Positions 57,868 to 64,000 of a stretch of 64,000 nt of DNA are shown here, in pieces. Numbering within the stretch: the stretch's first letter is position 1; every line of letters begins with the position of its first letter. The notes below the pieces were generated by a model. The model was not told the origin of the DNA and searched no databases. It saw only the letters and a list, made by a program, of their open reading frames with translations. The position numbers and the translations under genes were made by a program. This DNA is from Octopus vulgaris (Eukaryota), in contig OX597842.1 in NCBI GenBank assembly GCA_951406725.2, forward strand, positions 23,250,001 to 23,314,000, read 5' to 3'.

Positions 57868-58878
57868 AATATATAAATGTATATCTATATATATATAAAT
57901 CATCATCATCGTTTAGCATCTGCTTTCCATGCTAGCATGGGTTGGACAGTTCAACTGGGGTCTGGGAAGCCAGAAGGCTGTGCCGGGCCCAATCTGATCT
58001 GGCAGTGTTTCTACAGCTGGATGCCCTTCCTAACGCCAACCACTCCGAGAGTGTAGTGGGTGCTTTTTTCATGCCACCGGCACAGTGGACTGAGCCTTGC
58101 TGGACACCTACTTCTACCCGGAATTCTTCACTATATGTATATATATGTATATAAATGTATATCTATATGTATTTGGGTATGTGTCTATGTCTTTTTTTGT
58201 CCACCTACCTCGGGCTTAACTATTGGTACGGGTGTGTTACGTCCCTGTAACTGATGTTTAGCAAAAGTCACAGATAAAATCAGTACTAGACTTACAAAGA
58301 TTAAGTCTTGAGGTCGATTTCTTCCACTAACACCCTCGAAGGTGGTGCTCCAGCATGGCCTCAGTCAAATGATTGAAACACGTCAAAGAATAAAAGAGTA
58401 CATATAAATTTCAGGAGCAAATAGAAACAAGGCATTTGAATAACAAGACCACCCCCGTAGAGTTGGGGATTCCATACCTTTACTTTAACAGTGTGTAAGG
58501 ACATGTAACATCAGCACCAAAAGGGTCACCAAATCCCTAGGTGACAAAAAAATCCCACAACAGGGAGGTGGGCAGTTAGTATTGAACAGGTGTGCCATTG
58601 TGCCAGTTGAGAGATTTAAGGTATAGAGGAGACAGTGTCTAGATATTGAGTAACAAAACAAACACAAAATGGTCTAACTTCTATTCTGATTTTTTATTCA
58701 TTATTCTTTTCTAGCAAATTCCTCAAAATCCAAACGCAGGCATTTTTAGCAATCAAGTTAACTCAGAGTCAATATTTTTACAGATTATGACAGGTTTGAG
58801 GTTCACACTGATGGTATTCAAATTGATGATGGGAAAAACCCTGCATTACAGCTGACAAAACAGACTTAATTGTTGTAA

Positions 58879-61835
58879 TCTCTTATGATAAAACGCAGAT
58901 TTTCTCTGCCTGTTACCATGTTCGTTTTTAATACAATTCTACTATATAGAATTTCTTCAATTGGAATTTACCTATGATTTTTTGAAGTAGATTCGATTGG
59001 GTCATGGCATATCAAATTTTTTCAATTTGACCCCCAATTAAGCAAAAATTCGATAAAACTCAATATTTTACGATTTGCCTCTCTCATTTCAAGTGCTTCA
59101 CTCCTTCCATTACCACACTTTCTCTTTGCAAGTGCAAAACTATTAAAGTGAAAGTATTATATAACAGGGATGAGCCATTAATAGTGGTCATCCTTTTTGC
59201 TAGAAGATCCGCTATGGTCTTATATGCTACACCACTGATTTTCAATTCATATTAATCAAGTTAATATTCAATATTTCAACCTTATTATGTGTGTGTGTGT
59301 GTGTATTAGCAATTCGTATAAAATTGCATCAATGACTTGAACAAGTGGTTTCACATAAATGGGGATAAATTAAAAAGGTTTGTTATTATTAATACTGTTT
59401 GACTATTGTAATCATGTTTGTTGGTTCCTCGTCAGGGAAACGTTGTTGTGTTGCATTTGTTAAATAATTGTAAACCGCAACCCTCCCCCTTTCAGAGAAA
59501 GTTATTGTTTAAAAATTGAATTGTGTCCCTGTTTGGGGAAATTGACAATATTTTCACCGTCTTTACGGAAGCATTTTTGTTTAAATGCCTTTGATAGAAG
59601 AAAGTCCAAAAATGAATTTCGCTGCAGCCGTACACTTCTATACAAGAGGGAGGACAAGATCCAATTGATTGAAATTGCAAGAGACGGGCCTACAATTCCA
59701 GTCTGTTATATATTTTGAGTATTGTTATCACTAGCGATATCAAGATATAACTTTGTATTTTATGTGTAGATGTATATATATATAGATGTACATGTAATAT
59801 GTACACATATATATACATGCATAATATTTCTACTCATACACATATATGCACACACACACAAACATAGGGGCAGGTGTGGCTGTGTGGTCACAAACTACGT
59901 TCCAAATACATGGTCCTGGGTTCAGTCCCACTGTGTGGTGACTTGGCATGTGTCTTCTGCTGTAGCTTCAGACCAACAAAAGCCTTCTCAGTGGATTTTG
60001 TACATATATACAGGCATACATACATATATATACATGCATACATACATATTCGGCATAAACACTCTACCACTACAACTAATAACTGTTGGGAACACTTTCA
60101 AACCTGCCTTACATTCGAACCGGAATCTCAAAAACATTGTCCCCTTCAGCGCCAAGCTCAACTGCTCTATCCTGACATTGATGACGTTGACATTGATGAC
60201 AGAATTGCTAAACTGGGTGGAAATGAATTGTCGACGTATGGCCTGCCACAAGCATTCAGGTCAGGGTCAAATAGCCTTCCCACTGCTGTCATTCGTGAAA
60301 CAACCTACGACACTCAAGCGCTTTCAAAGTACATTGTTGAAAATGAGCCTAAATTACTTCCAGACCAGTTGCACACGTACAGAACTATTCTTAACAGTGT
60401 ATGCCAACGCGAGGGATGAATCTTCTTCCTCGATGCTCCTGGAGGGACAGGAAAAACATTTATTATAAAGCTTCTCCTTGCAGAAGTTAGGTAGCATCAG
60501 GACATTGCAGTAGCTGTAGCCTACTTTGGCATTGCAGCTACTTTGTTACCCGGTGGCAGGACAGCACACTCAACTTTTAAACTCACTCAATTTAGCAGCA
60601 TCTGAAATGCCTTCATGCAACATCAACAAAAGCTCAAATAAGGGACAAGTACTTAAAATGTATTATGTAATTGTCTGGGATGAGTGCACTATGGCTCACA
60701 AGGGAGCTTTGGAAGCATTAGATAGAGCCCTGAAAGACATCCGAGACTGTCAGGCTCCAATGGAAGGTGTAACGTTTCTGTTGTCAGGTGATTTCAGGCA
60801 AACTCTTCCTGTCATTCCGAAAGGCACTAGAGCTGATGAAGTTCAAGCATGCCTAAAGTCCTCTACCCTGTGGCATCATGTTACAATCTTTAGTCTCACC
60901 ACTAACATGAGAGCTCAGCTACACGGCGACAAAATGTCCACAAAGTTTGCACAGGACATTTTGACACTTGGTGATGGCAAGATGCCTTTCAATGGTGCAG
61001 GACAAATGGAAGTGTGGTCATTTTCCTCTGTTGTTAATTCTGTAGATGACCTCAAAAACAAAGTCTTGCCCAACTTCACACAAAACTACCAAAATCACAA
61101 TTGGCTGTGTGAAAGAGCAATATTAGCTCCAAAAAACGTCACTGTTAACAAAATTAATCAACAGCTAATGCATTCTCTTCCCGGCACTATACACACTTAC
61201 AAGTCTGTTGATACAATTCCAGATATAAATGAAGTTGTGAACTGTCCTCCTGAATTTCTCAATTCACTGGAGCCTCCTCGACTACCTCCACACATATTAC
61301 CACCAAGACTTTGCAATGGAACACGACTGGTGATAAAGAAAATGATATCACAGGTTATCGAGGCGATCATTCTTTTTGGATGTGGAAAAGGTGATGACAT
61401 CTTTATTCCAAGATTTCCTCTTACTCCATCAGGAGCAGAAATTCCATTTACAATCAGAAGACTGCAATTCCCCCTTTGTGTCAGTTTTGCCATGTCCATT
61501 AACAAATCTCAGGGTCAAACCCTCTCTGTAGCTGGTCTTCTCTTGGAAGAGCCCTGCTTCTCGCATAGGCAACTGTATGTTGGCTGCTCAAGAGTAGGAA
61601 CCAAAAGAAACCACAAGGAAACATAAGGAACATTGTTTACAACGAGGTGTTATAATTTCAACAGCCAGGAGGTATATACATGATCCCCTTTTTTTTTAAC
61701 AAACTTCATGTACTTTCATGTATTTATATAAATATACATATATTTGTGTGTGTGTATCCATGTATATATATATATAACAGAAAAGTCTAATTCTTCTATT
61801 GAATGTAACCGGGCAACGCCGGGTATCCCTGCTAG
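58879..61835 (+). mobile_element. Internally deleted Helitron with decayed PIF1-like helicase
   Basis: 5' TC(TCTTATGATAAAA) at 58879; 3' hairpin accgggcaacgccgggt followed by CTAG at 61832-61835; inserted between host A and T; the flanks rejoin to the ZNF 3' module. Confidence 0.85.
60200..61655 (+). pseudogene. Helitron PIF1-family helicase, frameshifted
   Basis: FFLDAPGGTGKT (Walker A, near 60420-60460), IVWDECTM, LSGDFRQTLPV, RLCNGTRL, FAMSINKSQGQTL and LYVGCSRV are spread over several frames with a stop. Confidence 0.88.
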
Positions 61836-61999
61836 TGTTTTAATAAATCCTGACATTGGTACAGTTACAATTGTTGTGAATACCCAGGTGTATGAATGTA
61901 GTTTTTTTCAAGAGAATGGTTTAGCACAGATGTCACTCTGACATGGCTTCTCTCCTGTAGGAATATATTCATTTACAGTTAAGTCTATGAGAGAATGAT

Positions 62000-64000
<2,001 letters not shown>

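Noticed and set aside
59770-60468. 232-aa and 181-aa ORFs upstream of the helicase
   Set aside because: They are composites of microsatellite, SINE and frameshifted Helitron sequence.

Overview
This is AT-rich eukaryotic (animal) genomic DNA. The finger codon style, SINE types and TTAGGG-like repeats suggest an octopod cephalopod, which is my inference. The window holds a cluster of eight tandem-C2H2 zinc-finger (ZNF) loci with no recognisable KRAB or other effector domain. Five have long intact ORFs: A (+, 15 fingers), C (+, 17), D (+, 22), E (+, 19) and G (-, 16). Three are disrupted (B, F, H, all -), and one further 'empty' copy has lost its whole finger array. All eight share a pyrimidine-rich acceptor, a ~400-nt leader and a start codon inside a decayed finger. 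Six also have a putative non-coding exon 1 ending in G|GTAAGT, and most have a conserved ~300-nt 3' module. The spaces between genes hold three SINE families, GG-terminated MITEs with 8-bp TSDs, a mariner MITE, a young CR1-type LINE with TSD, a solo LTR, a decayed Helitron with exact ends plus non-autonomous Helitrons, and several minimal hammerhead-ribozyme-like motifs of the Penelope type. The most notable observations are the hammerhead motifs, a candidate bidirectional promoter with an orphaned duplicate pointing antisense into gene D, recurrent MITE insertion next to exon 1, finger exchange between paralogs, and readable gene birth and death junctions. All coordinates were read by eye and may be off by a few bases.
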